A DNA stretch of 38,088 nucleotides, from NCBI GenBank assembly GCA_035279765.1, contig DATEHD010000123.1, positions 1 through 38,088 of the forward strand. The letters are read 5' to 3'. Below the pieces are notes generated by a model, which was not told the DNA's origin, searched no databases, and saw nothing but the letters and a program-made list of their open reading frames with translations. Both the position numbers and the translations under genes were made by a program. The stretch comes from Candidatus Krumholzibacteriia bacterium (GTDB lineage Bacteria > Krumholzibacteriota > Krumholzibacteriia > WVZY01 > JAKEHA01). Below are positions 10,351 through 18,663 of the stretch, piece by piece; the first letter of the stretch is position 1, and every line of letters begins with the position of its first letter.

Positions 10351-11340
10351 ATGGATTTCCACGGCCTCAACTCCGATCTGGGGATCCTCATTCCCTGCGC
10401 GCTGATTTTTCTCGCGGTGCTGGTCTCCGTGCCGGGCATCATGATGATCTCGCGCGCGCGCGCGAACCAGAAGATCCGCGACCGTCTCCAGGATGTGGTG
10501 ACGGACCCGCAGCAGGAGGATATCCACAGGACCATTCTCCGCGATGTGGAGATGAGCTCGATCCCGCTGATGAACCGCATGCTGCAGAACGCCAACTGGG
10601 CGCGCCGCCTCGAGCTCCTGCTGGTGCAGGCCGACATCAAGATGAAGACGGGCCCGTTCGTGTTGATAATGCTTGTCATCGGTGTCGCCACCGCGCTCGC
10701 ACTCGACATGGTTTTTCATCGCCCCCTGGTGTGCATCGGCGTGGGCGCCGTCATGGCGCCAATTCCGGTGTTCGTGGCGCGCTACAAACGTCAGAAGCGG
10801 ACGCTGCATTTTGAAGAGCAGTTCCCTGACGCGCTCGACATGTTGACCAGCGCGCTGCGCGCGGGTCTCGCACTCACCGCCGCGATCCAGGTCGTCGCCG
10901 AGGAAGCGCCGGACCCGGTGGGCAAAGAATTTCGCGTGCTGTTCGAGGAAAACCGACTCGGTCTCGACATGAAGCACGCCGTGCAGATGATGGCGGAGCG
11001 CGTGAACAGCGCGGAAGCGCGTTTGTTCGCGACCGCGCTCATTCTTCAGCGTGAAACCGGCGGTAACCTGGCCGAGGTGCTCGACAGCACCGCGGCCGTA
11101 ATCCGCGACAGGTTCCGCATTCTCCGCGACGTTCGCACCATGACGGCGCAGGCGCGCATGTCCGGTGGCATTCTCATGGCGCTGCCGCTGGCGCTGGCCC
11201 TGGCCATCATGGTTCTGGCACCCGACTATTTGAAGGGGCTCGCGCACGACCCATCCGGCAAGTACCTCATACCGGTGGCGCTGTTCCTCCAGCTCACAGG
11301 CTTTCTGGTCATGCGCAAGATCGTGGACATCAAGGTCTAA
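10351..11340 (+). CDS. tadB: Type II secretion system F family inner-membrane platform protein TadB
   Basis: 329-aa polytopic membrane protein with a T2SSF-type cytoplasmic domain (FPDALDMLTSALRAGLAL...). Starts 3 nt after the cpaF stop. Confidence 0.85.
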   Translation: MDFHGLNSDLGILIPCALIFLAVLVSVPGIMMISRARANQKIRDRLQDVVTDPQQEDIHRTILRDVEMSSIPLMNRMLQNANWARRLELLLVQADIKMKTGPFVLIMLVIGVATALALDMVFHRPLVCIGVGAVMAPIPVFVARYKRQKRTLHFEEQFPDALDMLTSALRAGLALTAAIQVVAEEAPDPVGKEFRVLFEENRLGLDMKHAVQMMAERVNSAEARLFATALILQRETGGNLAEVLDSTAAVIRDRFRILRDVRTMTAQARMSGGILMALPLALALAIMVLAPDYLKGLAHDPSGKYLIPVALFLQLTGFLVMRKIVDIKV

Positions 11341-11352
11341 AGGACACCGCTC

Positions 11353-12300
11353 ATGTCGACATTATTGTTGATTCCGATTCTGGCGGCGCTCGCGATTCTC
11401 GCCCTGGCGGCGGCCGTGTATCAGCTGCGGTACCGCAACGCCACCATCAACGATCGTCTGCACCGCATGGTCAGCGCCGACGAAGCGCTGATGGCCGGTG
11501 ATGCGCCCAAGGTCGATAACAGTATTTTCACCACGTCGATTCCGGTGTGGATGCAGCCGCTCGCCGCGCTGGGCTGGCTCCTCCCGACGCAGGTGTATTC
11601 CGAGACGCTCAAGTGGGAGCTCGCGCAGGCGGGTTATCGCCACCTCGAAGCGCGCCGTATTTTCGCGGGCGTTCGTGTGCTCACCACGGTGAGCCTTGCG
11701 CTCGCCTCGCTGCTGATCGGCCTCGAACGCCACATGCGCGGCGACCAGCTCCTGCTCGTGGCCGCCACCGCCACCGCCCTGGGCTACCTGGGCCCGATGA
11801 TGTGGGTGCGCGCGCGCCAGGGCAAACGCCAGATGGAGATCACGCTGAGTCTTCCCGACGCGCTCGACCTGCTTGTCATCTGCGTCGAGGCCGGCCAGGG
11901 TCTGAACGCCGCGCTCATGAAGGTGGGCAAGGAAATCGCATTCAGCTCTCCCGCGCTCAGCGATGACCTGATGATTGTCAACAACGAGATGCGCGCCGGT
12001 GTGTCACGCACGCAGGCGTTGCGCAACCTTTCGCTGCGCACGGGTTCCGACGACGTGCGCTCGCTCGTGGCCGTGATGATCCAGAGCGACCGCTTCGGCA
12101 CCAGTGTCGCGCAGGCGCTTCGCATCCATTCGGATTCGCTGCGCACCAAGCGCCGCCAGCGCGCCGAAGAGCGCGCGCGCAAGGCGCCCATCAAGCTTTT
12201 GTTCCCGTTGGTGTTCTGCATCTTCCCGGAGATGTTCGTGGTGCTCCTCGCTCCGGGTATGCTGCAGCTCTTCCATGCACTGTCGCAGTCGCAGCAGTAG
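11353..12300 (+). CDS. tadC: Type II secretion system F family inner-membrane platform protein TadC
   Basis: 315 aa. T2SSF domain LPDALDLLVICVEAGQGLNAAL...RAEERARKAPIKLLFPLVFCIFP. Paralogous to the preceding gene. Confidence 0.85.
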   Translation: MSTLLLIPILAALAILALAAAVYQLRYRNATINDRLHRMVSADEALMAGDAPKVDNSIFTTSIPVWMQPLAALGWLLPTQVYSETLKWELAQAGYRHLEARRIFAGVRVLTTVSLALASLLIGLERHMRGDQLLLVAATATALGYLGPMMWVRARQGKRQMEITLSLPDALDLLVICVEAGQGLNAALMKVGKEIAFSSPALSDDLMIVNNEMRAGVSRTQALRNLSLRTGSDDVRSLVAVMIQSDRFGTSVAQALRIHSDSLRTKRRQRAEERARKAPIKLLFPLVFCIFPEMFVVLLAPGMLQLFHALSQSQQ

Positions 12301-12349
12301 CTAGCGTCCGGGCCGATTCGCGACTGGCGGCCCAGTACAGGAGGCAATC

Positions 12350-12466
12350 ATGACTGTGAATATGATTCTGCTCGCTCTTGGCGTGGTGTTGGGGATCGCG
12401 TATTTCGCGCGCCGCAATGCCCGTAAGCAGCGCGAGTTGAAGATGCAGCAGCGCCGTAACAGCTAG
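12350..12466 (+). CDS. Small single-TM protein (38 aa), unknown function, between tadC and flp2
   Basis: MTVNMILLALGVVLGIAYFARRNARKQRELKMQQRRNS: one hydrophobic helix plus a strongly basic tail. AGGAGG SD 6 nt upstream of the ATG. Not in the ORF track because it is under 60 aa. Confidence 0.45.
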   Translation: MTVNMILLALGVVLGIAYFARRNARKQRELKMQQRRNS

Positions 12467-12497
12467 TCGCACACGTATCCACCCCGAGGAGGGCCGC

Positions 12498-12665
12498 ATG
12501 GACTACATCAAAGCTCTGGTCAAGGCCGAGTCGGGGGAGGATCTGGTCGAATACGGGCTCCTGGCGGCGTTCATCGCCATCTCCGCGGTAACCACGCTTC
12601 GTTTGATCGAACCGTTGGTCAGCGCGCTGTGGGATGTGATTCAAGCCGCCATCCAGAGCGTATAG
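12498..12665 (+). CDS. flp: Flp family type IVb pilin (prepilin), copy 2
   Basis: 55 aa: MDYIKALVKAESGEDLVEYGLLAAFIAISAVTTLRLIEPLVSALWDVIQAAIQSV. Same G/xxxxEY processing motif and same length as flp1. GAGGAGGG SD. Followed by an intrinsic terminator. Confidence 0.8.
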   Translation: MDYIKALVKAESGEDLVEYGLLAAFIAISAVTTLRLIEPLVSALWDVIQAAIQSV

Positions 12666-12702
12666 ATCAATCCGATTCTCACTGACCAGGCAGAAACAAG
12701 AA

Positions 12703-12730
12703 GGCCGTCTCGAGAGAGACGGCCTTTTTT
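12703..12730 (+). terminator. Rho-independent terminator closing the tad operon
   Basis: GGCCGTCTC-GAGA-GAGACGGCC perfect 9-bp stem followed by TTTTTT. It lies between flp2 and the convergent hydrolase gene. Confidence 0.8.
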
Positions 12731-12762
12731 CGTGCGAGCCGGCGCACACAGAAGGTGAACCT

Positions 12763-13416
12763 CTATACCAAACCCAGAAGCACGTCGCGCACGACCGAGA
12801 GCTCGTCCGTGTTCACCTGGTGGCCCATGCGCGGATAGAGGCGCATGGTGACCTGCGCGCCCATGCGCCCCAAAACCTCGGCCGTCTCTTCGACGCGCGC
12901 TTTGGGAATGTGAGGATCGATATCGCTGCAGCCCAGAAACACAGGCGTACCGTCGAACGAGCCGGCGTAGCCGCGTGGTGTGCCCGGTGGGCCGATCACG
13001 CCGCCGCTCAGGCCCGCGATGCCGCCGAAACGGCGCGCGTGACGGGCGCCATACTCCAGCGTGAGACACGCGCCCTGCGAGAAGCCGAGCAGCAGCACTT
13101 TTTCGGATGGGATTCCGGCGGCGTCAAAACGCTCGAACAGCGCATGGATCACACGCAACCCCGACGAAATGCCGGGTTCATTCTGCTCGATGGGTGCCAG
13201 GAAACTGTTTGGATACCACGTGTGGCCGGCTGCGTCCGGCGCGGCAAACGCGACCTCGCCCGGATCGACTTCGGCCGCGAGCCCAAGAATATCGCGCGCG
13301 TCGGCGCCGCGGCCATGGACGAAGATGGCGCCGGCCCGTGCACGCTCGAGCGCCACGCCGGCCCACAGCGCCGGCTGATCATCATGCGGCCCGGGAACAC
13401 CGCGCGGCGTAGTCAC
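12763..13416 (-). CDS. Alpha/beta hydrolase, phospholipase/carboxylesterase family (MhqD-like)
   Basis: 217 aa. Nucleophile elbow GFSQGA. C-terminal His context YPRMGHQV. GTG start overlaps the upstream TGA (GTGA). Confidence 0.85.
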   Translation of the reverse strand: MTTPRGVPGPHDDQPALWAGVALERARAGAIFVHGRGADARDILGLAAEVDPGEVAFAAPDAAGHTWYPNSFLAPIEQNEPGISSGLRVIHALFERFDAAGIPSEKVLLLGFSQGACLTLEYGARHARRFGGIAGLSGGVIGPPGTPRGYAGSFDGTPVFLGCSDIDPHIPKARVEETAEVLGRMGAQVTMRLYPRMGHQVNTDELSVVRDVLLGLV

Positions 13417-14375
13417 CGCGCACCACGGTTGTTCACGGCAGGAAGCTTGAACGGCGTTACGCGGCTTTCAATACGCGCGCGGCTTGCCTCCAGCCAGTTC
13501 GGAAGCTTCAAGTGCATACCGAGCTCATCCAACGTTTCATCGATCAGGAAGCCCGGTGGATCGGTGGCGACTTCGAACAGCACACCGCCCGGCTCGCGGA
13601 AATAGATGGAGTGAAAATACTGGCGGTCGATCACGGGTGTGACATCGGCGCCGTGGTCGCGAAGCACGTCGCGCAGCGCAATCTGCTCGGCATCGTTGGC
13701 CGCACGAAACGCAATGTGATGGACGACACCCACGCCCATCGTACCGTGCATGCGGTCGGGCTCGCAGTGCAGGTCGATGATCTGTCCCGGCGCACCATCA
13801 CCAACCACGAAGCGATAACGATTCCCTTCTTCGTACTTCTTTGTGAAGCCAAGTGCCGACGTCAAGAGCTCTGCCGTCCGTTCATAACCTTCCAGCGAAA
13901 GTGTTGCGTGGTGGAATCCGCGAATGGAGTGCTCCTCGGGAATCTCGCCGTTGTTCCAACCGGGCCGCCTGTCGGCGGCCTGCTCCACGAGTTCGAGCAC
14001 GACGCCGTCGTCGTCGCGCAGCGCCAGGTAACTCTGACCGAAGCGCGTGTCCGGCCCTTCGAACGCAACATCGAGGCTCGCGAGCCGCTCGACCCAGTAG
14101 TTGATCGAGCCCGGCGGAATGGAAAAGGCGCTGACGGCCACCTGCCCCGTGCCGTGGCGTCCGCGCAGCGAATCCTTCCCCCATGGGAAAAAAGTGAGAA
14201 TGGTTCCCGGCTGCCCCGCTTCATTGCCGAAGTAGAAATGGTAGGTGTACGGATCGTCGAAGTTGACGGTGCGCTTGACCAGGCGCAGCCCGAGTGTGCG
14301 CACGTAGAAGTCGACGTTCTCCTGCGGAGAACCCGCCATGGCGGTGATGTGATGGATTCCGAGGACGGAGGGCAT
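13413..14375 (-). CDS. VOC/glyoxalase-family ring-cleaving dioxygenase (MhqO/MhqE-like)
   Basis: 320 aa. GIHHITAMAGSPQENVDFYVRTLGLRLVKRTVNFDDPYTYHFYFG...GTILTFFPW plus a second VOC repeat containing HHIAFRA. Confidence 0.85.
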   Translation of the reverse strand: MPSVLGIHHITAMAGSPQENVDFYVRTLGLRLVKRTVNFDDPYTYHFYFGNEAGQPGTILTFFPWGKDSLRGRHGTGQVAVSAFSIPPGSINYWVERLASLDVAFEGPDTRFGQSYLALRDDDGVVLELVEQAADRRPGWNNGEIPEEHSIRGFHHATLSLEGYERTAELLTSALGFTKKYEEGNRYRFVVGDGAPGQIIDLHCEPDRMHGTMGVGVVHHIAFRAANDAEQIALRDVLRDHGADVTPVIDRQYFHSIYFREPGGVLFEVATDPPGFLIDETLDELGMHLKLPNWLEASRARIESRVTPFKLPAVNNRGAR

Positions 14376-14378
14376 GCG

Positions 14379-14882
14379 TCACCCTTCCCGGCTGCGCTGA
14401 CGGATCGTGCGCGTGAACACAAGCACCGCGAACAGCAGCACGATGAAAATGAATGCATCCGTCGCGCGAAACGGGGCATGAGGAATGGATGAGAGCGGAA
14501 ATGGACTGTCGGCGCCCGGCTTGATGACGTGCGGTGCCCGGGCCGCGCCACCCAGCGCATACGCGTGAGAGACCGCGAGGCCGCCAATCGCCACCTGCCA
14601 CGCAAAGGCGGCGCCGCCGACCGCGTAGAGCCCGGCCGCCAGTCCGCCAAAGGCGAGCAGTCCGATCGAACAGCCCGCGAACGTGACCGCGCCCAACCCG
14701 ACACCGCCGATGCACACACCGCCGATCGCAACACCGCCACTCGCGATCAATCCACGCGCCACGTCGCCGATCGCAATCCAGCCGGTGGCAATACCGCGAC
14801 GAAACTGTCCATCCACCGTCGATCCCAGCGCGATGTGAATGAGCGGCAGCCCCAGAAAACTCGCTCGCGAGCGGTACTCCAT
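14379..14882 (-). CDS. Glycine-zipper-rich membrane protein, unknown function
   Basis: 167 aa. Repeated small-xxx-small units WIAIGDVARGLIASGGVAIGGVCIGGVGLGAVTFAGCSIGLLAFGGLAAGLYAVGGAAFAWQVAIGGLAV, plus a C-terminal TM FIFIVLLFAVLVF. Packed 3 nt from the dioxygenase gene and 21 nt from ppk2. Confidence 0.6.
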   Translation of the reverse strand: MEYRSRASFLGLPLIHIALGSTVDGQFRRGIATGWIAIGDVARGLIASGGVAIGGVCIGGVGLGAVTFAGCSIGLLAFGGLAAGLYAVGGAAFAWQVAIGGLAVSHAYALGGAARAPHVIKPGADSPFPLSSIPHAPFRATDAFIFIVLLFAVLVFTRTIRQRSREG

Positions 14883-14903
14883 GTTTTCCCGAAGCAGGCG
14901 AGC

Positions 14904-15821
14904 TCAGCGCTTGCGCGCCGGCTTCCCTTCCGCCAGGAGCGCCTTCTTGGCTGCCGCGAAATCCTTGAGCTTCTGGCCGGTAACCTTTGGGTACTCCAGG
15001 TCGAGCGACGCCAGCGTGTCGATGATTGCCGACGCCACCACGATGCGCGTGTACCACTTGTTGTCGGCGGGCACCACGTACCACGGCGCATCCGGCGTCG
15101 CCGTCTCGCGGATGGCGTCCTCGTATGCCTGCATGTAGTCCTTCCAGCAACCCCGCTCCGCCACGTCCGCGGCCGAAAACTTCCAGTTTTTCTGCGGATC
15201 GTTGAGGCGCTCCAGAAAGCGCTTTTTTTGTTCGTCACGCGAAACGTTCAGAAAGATCTTCCGCACCATGGTGCCGTTGTTGGCGAGATGACGTTCGAAG
15301 CCCCGGATGTCCTTGTAGCGCTGCTCCCACAGCTTCTGGCCCGAGGGTTCATCGGGCAGCTTCTGGCTGGCGAGGATTTCCGGATGCACGCGCACCACCA
15401 GCACTTCTTCATAGTACGAGCGATTGAAGATGCCGATGTGACCGCGCTCGGGGAGACGTTTCGCGCAGCGCCACAGAAAATCATGATCGAGCTCTTCGGA
15501 GTTGGGTTGCTTGAACGACGATACCTCGACGCTCTGCGGGTTGACACCCGACATCACGTGTTTGATGGCACTGTCCTTCCCCGCGGCGTCCATGGCCTGG
15601 ATCACGACCAGCACCGCATAGCGGTCCTGGGCGTAGAGGCGGTCCTGCATCTCGGCAAGGAGCTCGATGCCTGTGCGCAATGCTTCAATGGCGCGCGGCT
15701 TGTCCCCGGCGGTCAGCTTGCCCGTGTCGCCGGGGTCGTAGTCGCGCAGCCGGAACTTCGTTCCGTTGGTGATCCGATACGGACGCGACACCTGCCGCGA
15801 TTCGTGGAGGGGGTGCTTCAT
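14904..15821 (-). CDS. ppk2: Polyphosphate kinase 2 family protein (polyphosphate:nucleotide phosphotransferase)
   Basis: 305 aa. Walker A-like VVIQAMDAAGKDSAIKHV, plus the typical SFKQPNSEELDHDFLWR and IFNRSYYEEV motifs. Confidence 0.9.
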   Translation of the reverse strand: MKHPLHESRQVSRPYRITNGTKFRLRDYDPGDTGKLTAGDKPRAIEALRTGIELLAEMQDRLYAQDRYAVLVVIQAMDAAGKDSAIKHVMSGVNPQSVEVSSFKQPNSEELDHDFLWRCAKRLPERGHIGIFNRSYYEEVLVVRVHPEILASQKLPDEPSGQKLWEQRYKDIRGFERHLANNGTMVRKIFLNVSRDEQKKRFLERLNDPQKNWKFSAADVAERGCWKDYMQAYEDAIRETATPDAPWYVVPADNKWYTRIVVASAIIDTLASLDLEYPKVTGQKLKDFAAAKKALLAEGKPARKR

Positions 15822-15834
15822 GCCGCCAAGGGTA

Positions 15835-15870
15835 CAAAAAAGACCGCCTCGTCATGAAGCGGTCTTTTTC
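15835..15870 (-). terminator. Intrinsic terminator after the coiled-coil lipoprotein gene (A-run/T-run flanked, potentially bidirectional)
   Basis: AAAAAGACCGC-11 nt loop-GCGGTCTTTTT. On the minus strand the stem is followed by TTTTTT. It sits only about 14 nt upstream of the ppk2 start codon. Confidence 0.6.
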
Positions 15871-15894
15871 GCCCGTCGAAACGGCGCCTATGGG

Positions 15895-16467
15895 TTACTT
15901 CTTGAAGTCGATCTTGTTGATGCTCGCCGCGACGGCGTCGAGCGCACTGTTGGTGTCACTCTTGAACTGATCCCACGACGCCGCGCCCTCGTACTTGTAG
16001 TCGGCCACCTTGTCGCGGAGGTCGTGGTTACGGTGCTCCGCGTCGTCGATCATCTTCTTGAACTGGTCGCGCATGGACGTGCTCGCGTTGGCGAGATCGC
16101 TGCGCTTCTCGGCGATGAGCTTGTCGTTGTCCACGACCTTCTTGTTCACGTCGTCGCGGAAGTGCGACCAGTCGTTCTGCCAGTCGACAGTTCCCTCATG
16201 CTGGACTTCATTGAGGTGCTGCTCCGCCTTGTTGACGTCCTCCTGCTTCTGGGCGATGTCGTGCTGCGCGTCCTGCTGTTCCTTGGCAACATCCTGCTGC
16301 TCGTTACGCTGCTCTTCAGCGAGCTCCTGTTTCTGTTCCTGAACGTTGCCCTTGGCGTCCTGAACCTTGGACTGATGCGACCGGCTGCAGCCGCCGGTGA
16401 ACATCATCAACCCGGTCAGCGCGAGAGCGACGCTGCTCGCGCACGACCCTTTCTTTGTCCATATCAT
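15895..16467 (-). CDS. Lipoprotein with Q/E/K/D-rich coiled-coil region, unknown function
   Basis: 190 aa. Lipobox LMMFTGGC. AGGAGG SD. Mature part is highly charged (QEQKQELAEEQRNEQQDVAKEQQDAQHDIAQKQEDVNKAEQ...). Confidence 0.7.
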   Translation of the reverse strand: MIWTKKGSCASSVALALTGLMMFTGGCSRSHQSKVQDAKGNVQEQKQELAEEQRNEQQDVAKEQQDAQHDIAQKQEDVNKAEQHLNEVQHEGTVDWQNDWSHFRDDVNKKVVDNDKLIAEKRSDLANASTSMRDQFKKMIDDAEHRNHDLRDKVADYKYEGAASWDQFKSDTNSALDAVAASINKIDFKK

Positions 16468-16636
16468 GATGGCCTCCTAATGTGTGTGATGGGGGTTACT
16501 GCAAAGATAAGCGAGTCGCCGGGGGGAATGAATCGGTTGAAGTGTGTACCGTTGTGGGACGATGGGCAGCGACACCTATTTCCTTACAGGGTTCTACCAC
16601 GCCGGTCTCCGGTCGTCGCGCACAGGACCGCCCCCC

Positions 16637-16673
16637 AAAAAAGAACGCCCGGGTCGTGAAGACCCGGGCGTTC
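16637..16673 (-). terminator. Intrinsic terminator after the metalloprotease gene
   Basis: GAACGCCCGGGTC-GTGAA-GACCCGGGCGTTC, a 13-bp perfect stem. On the minus strand it is followed by TTTTTT. Confidence 0.7.
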
Positions 16674-16704
16674 CCGAAATGCCGCTAATGCAGTAAGTCG
16701 AAAC

Positions 16705-18663
16705 TTACTTCAGAAGCACCATCTTGCGCGTATCGTTGAACTTCCCGGCCGTCAGGCGATAGAAATACACGCCCGAGCTGACCGCATTGCCACGATTGTC
16801 GACACCATTCCAGGTGAAGCTGTGGCTGCCCGTCGCCTGCACGCCGTCAACCAGCGTACGAACCAGGGCACCGCTCGCCGAGTAGACGTTCAGCGTCACG
16901 CGCTCGCTCGAAGGCAGCGAGAAGCGGATGGTCGTCTCCGGGTTGAACGGGTTGGGAACGTTCTGATCCAACGTGATCTTCGCGCCCGGCAGACGGACAT
17001 CCGCCACGGGCGAGAGATACTCGTTGTCACCTTCGATAACGCCGATCTTGTAGCGGTAGGCACCGCCCGCGACCACCGAGTTGTCGACGAACGAGAACTT
17101 GCCGTTTTCGGGCGCGTTCACAGTCGTCAGGGTCCGGAAGTCGTCGCCACGGCCGTTGGCGCGGTACACGTTGACGAACTTGGCATCGGCCAGCGACGAG
17201 TAGAAGCTCGCCTGAACCTTGACGCCGCCGTTGGTCGGAATCGCGTTGAAGCCGGAAATGGCAACCGGAACCGGGTTGCTGCACGCGTCATGCCAGCCCA
17301 TATCGCCGAAGGCCCAGAACGTCAGGTCGACGGTGTTGTGCAGGCTGTTGTTGATCGCGGGCTCCATGAGCAGGTTCTGGTACGCGCTGGTATCCCAGTG
17401 CGACAGCGACGAACCGCTCTGGAACGGATTCGGCGTGAAGATCTGAACGTGGTTCAGAGCATCCGCGCCGGACTTGTTGCCCGTGTTGTCGAAGCCGAGC
17501 GTCACGTTGACAGGACCGCCCACCATCGCCGCCTTGAGCGAAACGCCGTCCGCCTGCGAGAGGCTGACGACAGGAATCACGATCGACGCGTCGAAGCCGC
17601 CCAGCGCAGGCGCCGGACCGGCCGCGTTGTTCAGGATGATCACGGCAATCGCACCCGAGCCCTGGGCCAGCAAGGCCTTGGACACGAACGTGCAGGTACC
17701 GCGATCGATGACCGCGATGTTGCCGTTGATGGCGCCGCCGTTGACGAGCGCCGAGCAGGCGTCGCTGTTCGGGGCCACGCCGTCGTCGGCGAGAACGCAG
17801 TTACCCGTGACGCTGAACGTCGGCGGGCCGAAGTTCGCGAGACCGAGGAGGTAGCTCGGCGCCAGCGGACCGCCGGCGTTGACCCACATCTTGGCCACGC
17901 CGGTCAGCACAAACGGCGCATGGCCGGTCGTGCACGGACCCGTGAACACCACGTTGTTGGGATTGATCGCTGACGCAGCGCGCTCGGCGTTGGTCATGAC
18001 GTCCCACTGCTTGTTCGTCGTGTTGTCGTGCATGAGGCGCTCGAACACGGTCGGGAACGGCGGTGAACCGGGCTCAACGCCCGTCGCGCCCAGGCTCGAC
18101 GTGAAGCCGAGACCGTGGCCCATTTCGTGCAGAATGACAGGAAGCATCTCCGTGTTGGTTCCTTCGTTGCCGTCGAAACCGTAGTACCAACCAACGCCGC
18201 CCAGGCACGACGCCTGGCCGTTGAGGTTGCTGTTGAAGGTGATGTTCATGTCGTTCGTCGAGCCACCATCGAGGTCCACGTTGGCAAGCTTGTTGGCCTC
18301 GCACATCACGTACCACGTGTTGGCCAACGGAGCACCGACGAAGTCACGATACAGACCGTTGTTCGACGTCGAGCCGAGAACCGCGCTCGTCGCCGTGCAC
18401 GTCTGCGGATCCATCTTCGCGTTGACGACGATGGTGATGTTGCTTGTCAAGAGACCGGCCCAGATGTCGGCAGCCTTCTGAAACACGTTCAGGCGCAGCT
18501 GACCAAGGGTCGTGCCCGGGTTGCCACCCACAGGAGCGGCCGGCGTGTTGTCATTAAGACCTTCGTTCACGCCGTCCTGGTTGTTGATGATGATCGTGGT
18601 GGCATTGGAAAGCGAAGCAACTGCGAGCAACAGGAGCATGGACAATACCAGAATGCGTCGCAT
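16705..18663 (-). CDS. Secreted zinc metalloprotease with PA (protease-associated) domain and C-terminal FlgD-Ig/T9SS-type beta-sandwich domain
   Basis: 652 aa. Signal peptide MRRILVLSMLLLLAVASLSNA. HExxH site VILHEMGHGLGF. PA-domain signature GNIAVIDRGTCTFVSKALLAQGSGAIAVIILNN. C-terminal NVPNPFNPETTIRFSLP...VYFYRLTAGKFNDTRKMVLLK. Confidence 0.85.
   Translation of the reverse strand: MRRILVLSMLLLLAVASLSNATTIIINNQDGVNEGLNDNTPAAPVGGNPGTTLGQLRLNVFQKAADIWAGLLTSNITIVVNAKMDPQTCTATSAVLGSTSNNGLYRDFVGAPLANTWYVMCEANKLANVDLDGGSTNDMNITFNSNLNGQASCLGGVGWYYGFDGNEGTNTEMLPVILHEMGHGLGFTSSLGATGVEPGSPPFPTVFERLMHDNTTNKQWDVMTNAERAASAINPNNVVFTGPCTTGHAPFVLTGVAKMWVNAGGPLAPSYLLGLANFGPPTFSVTGNCVLADDGVAPNSDACSALVNGGAINGNIAVIDRGTCTFVSKALLAQGSGAIAVIILNNAAGPAPALGGFDASIVIPVVSLSQADGVSLKAAMVGGPVNVTLGFDNTGNKSGADALNHVQIFTPNPFQSGSSLSHWDTSAYQNLLMEPAINNSLHNTVDLTFWAFGDMGWHDACSNPVPVAISGFNAIPTNGGVKVQASFYSSLADAKFVNVYRANGRGDDFRTLTTVNAPENGKFSFVDNSVVAGGAYRYKIGVIEGDNEYLSPVADVRLPGAKITLDQNVPNPFNPETTIRFSLPSSERVTLNVYSASGALVRTLVDGVQATGSHSFTWNGVDNRGNAVSSGVYFYRLTAGKFNDTRKMVLLK

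Noticed and set aside
13512-15857. Plus-strand ORFs 13512-14492 and 14529-15857, and minus-strand off-frame ORFs 13862-14740 and 14221-15150
   Set aside because: They overlap the VOC dioxygenase, the membrane protein and ppk2 in the wrong strand or frame. Arg/Ala/Gly-rich translations with no motifs.
16468-16636. About 170-nt leader of the coiled-coil lipoprotein gene as a possible riboswitch
   Set aside because: I could not match it to any riboswitch consensus I know, and no convincing conserved-looking structure was evident. It would need a covariance-model scan (Rfam/Infernal) to decide.
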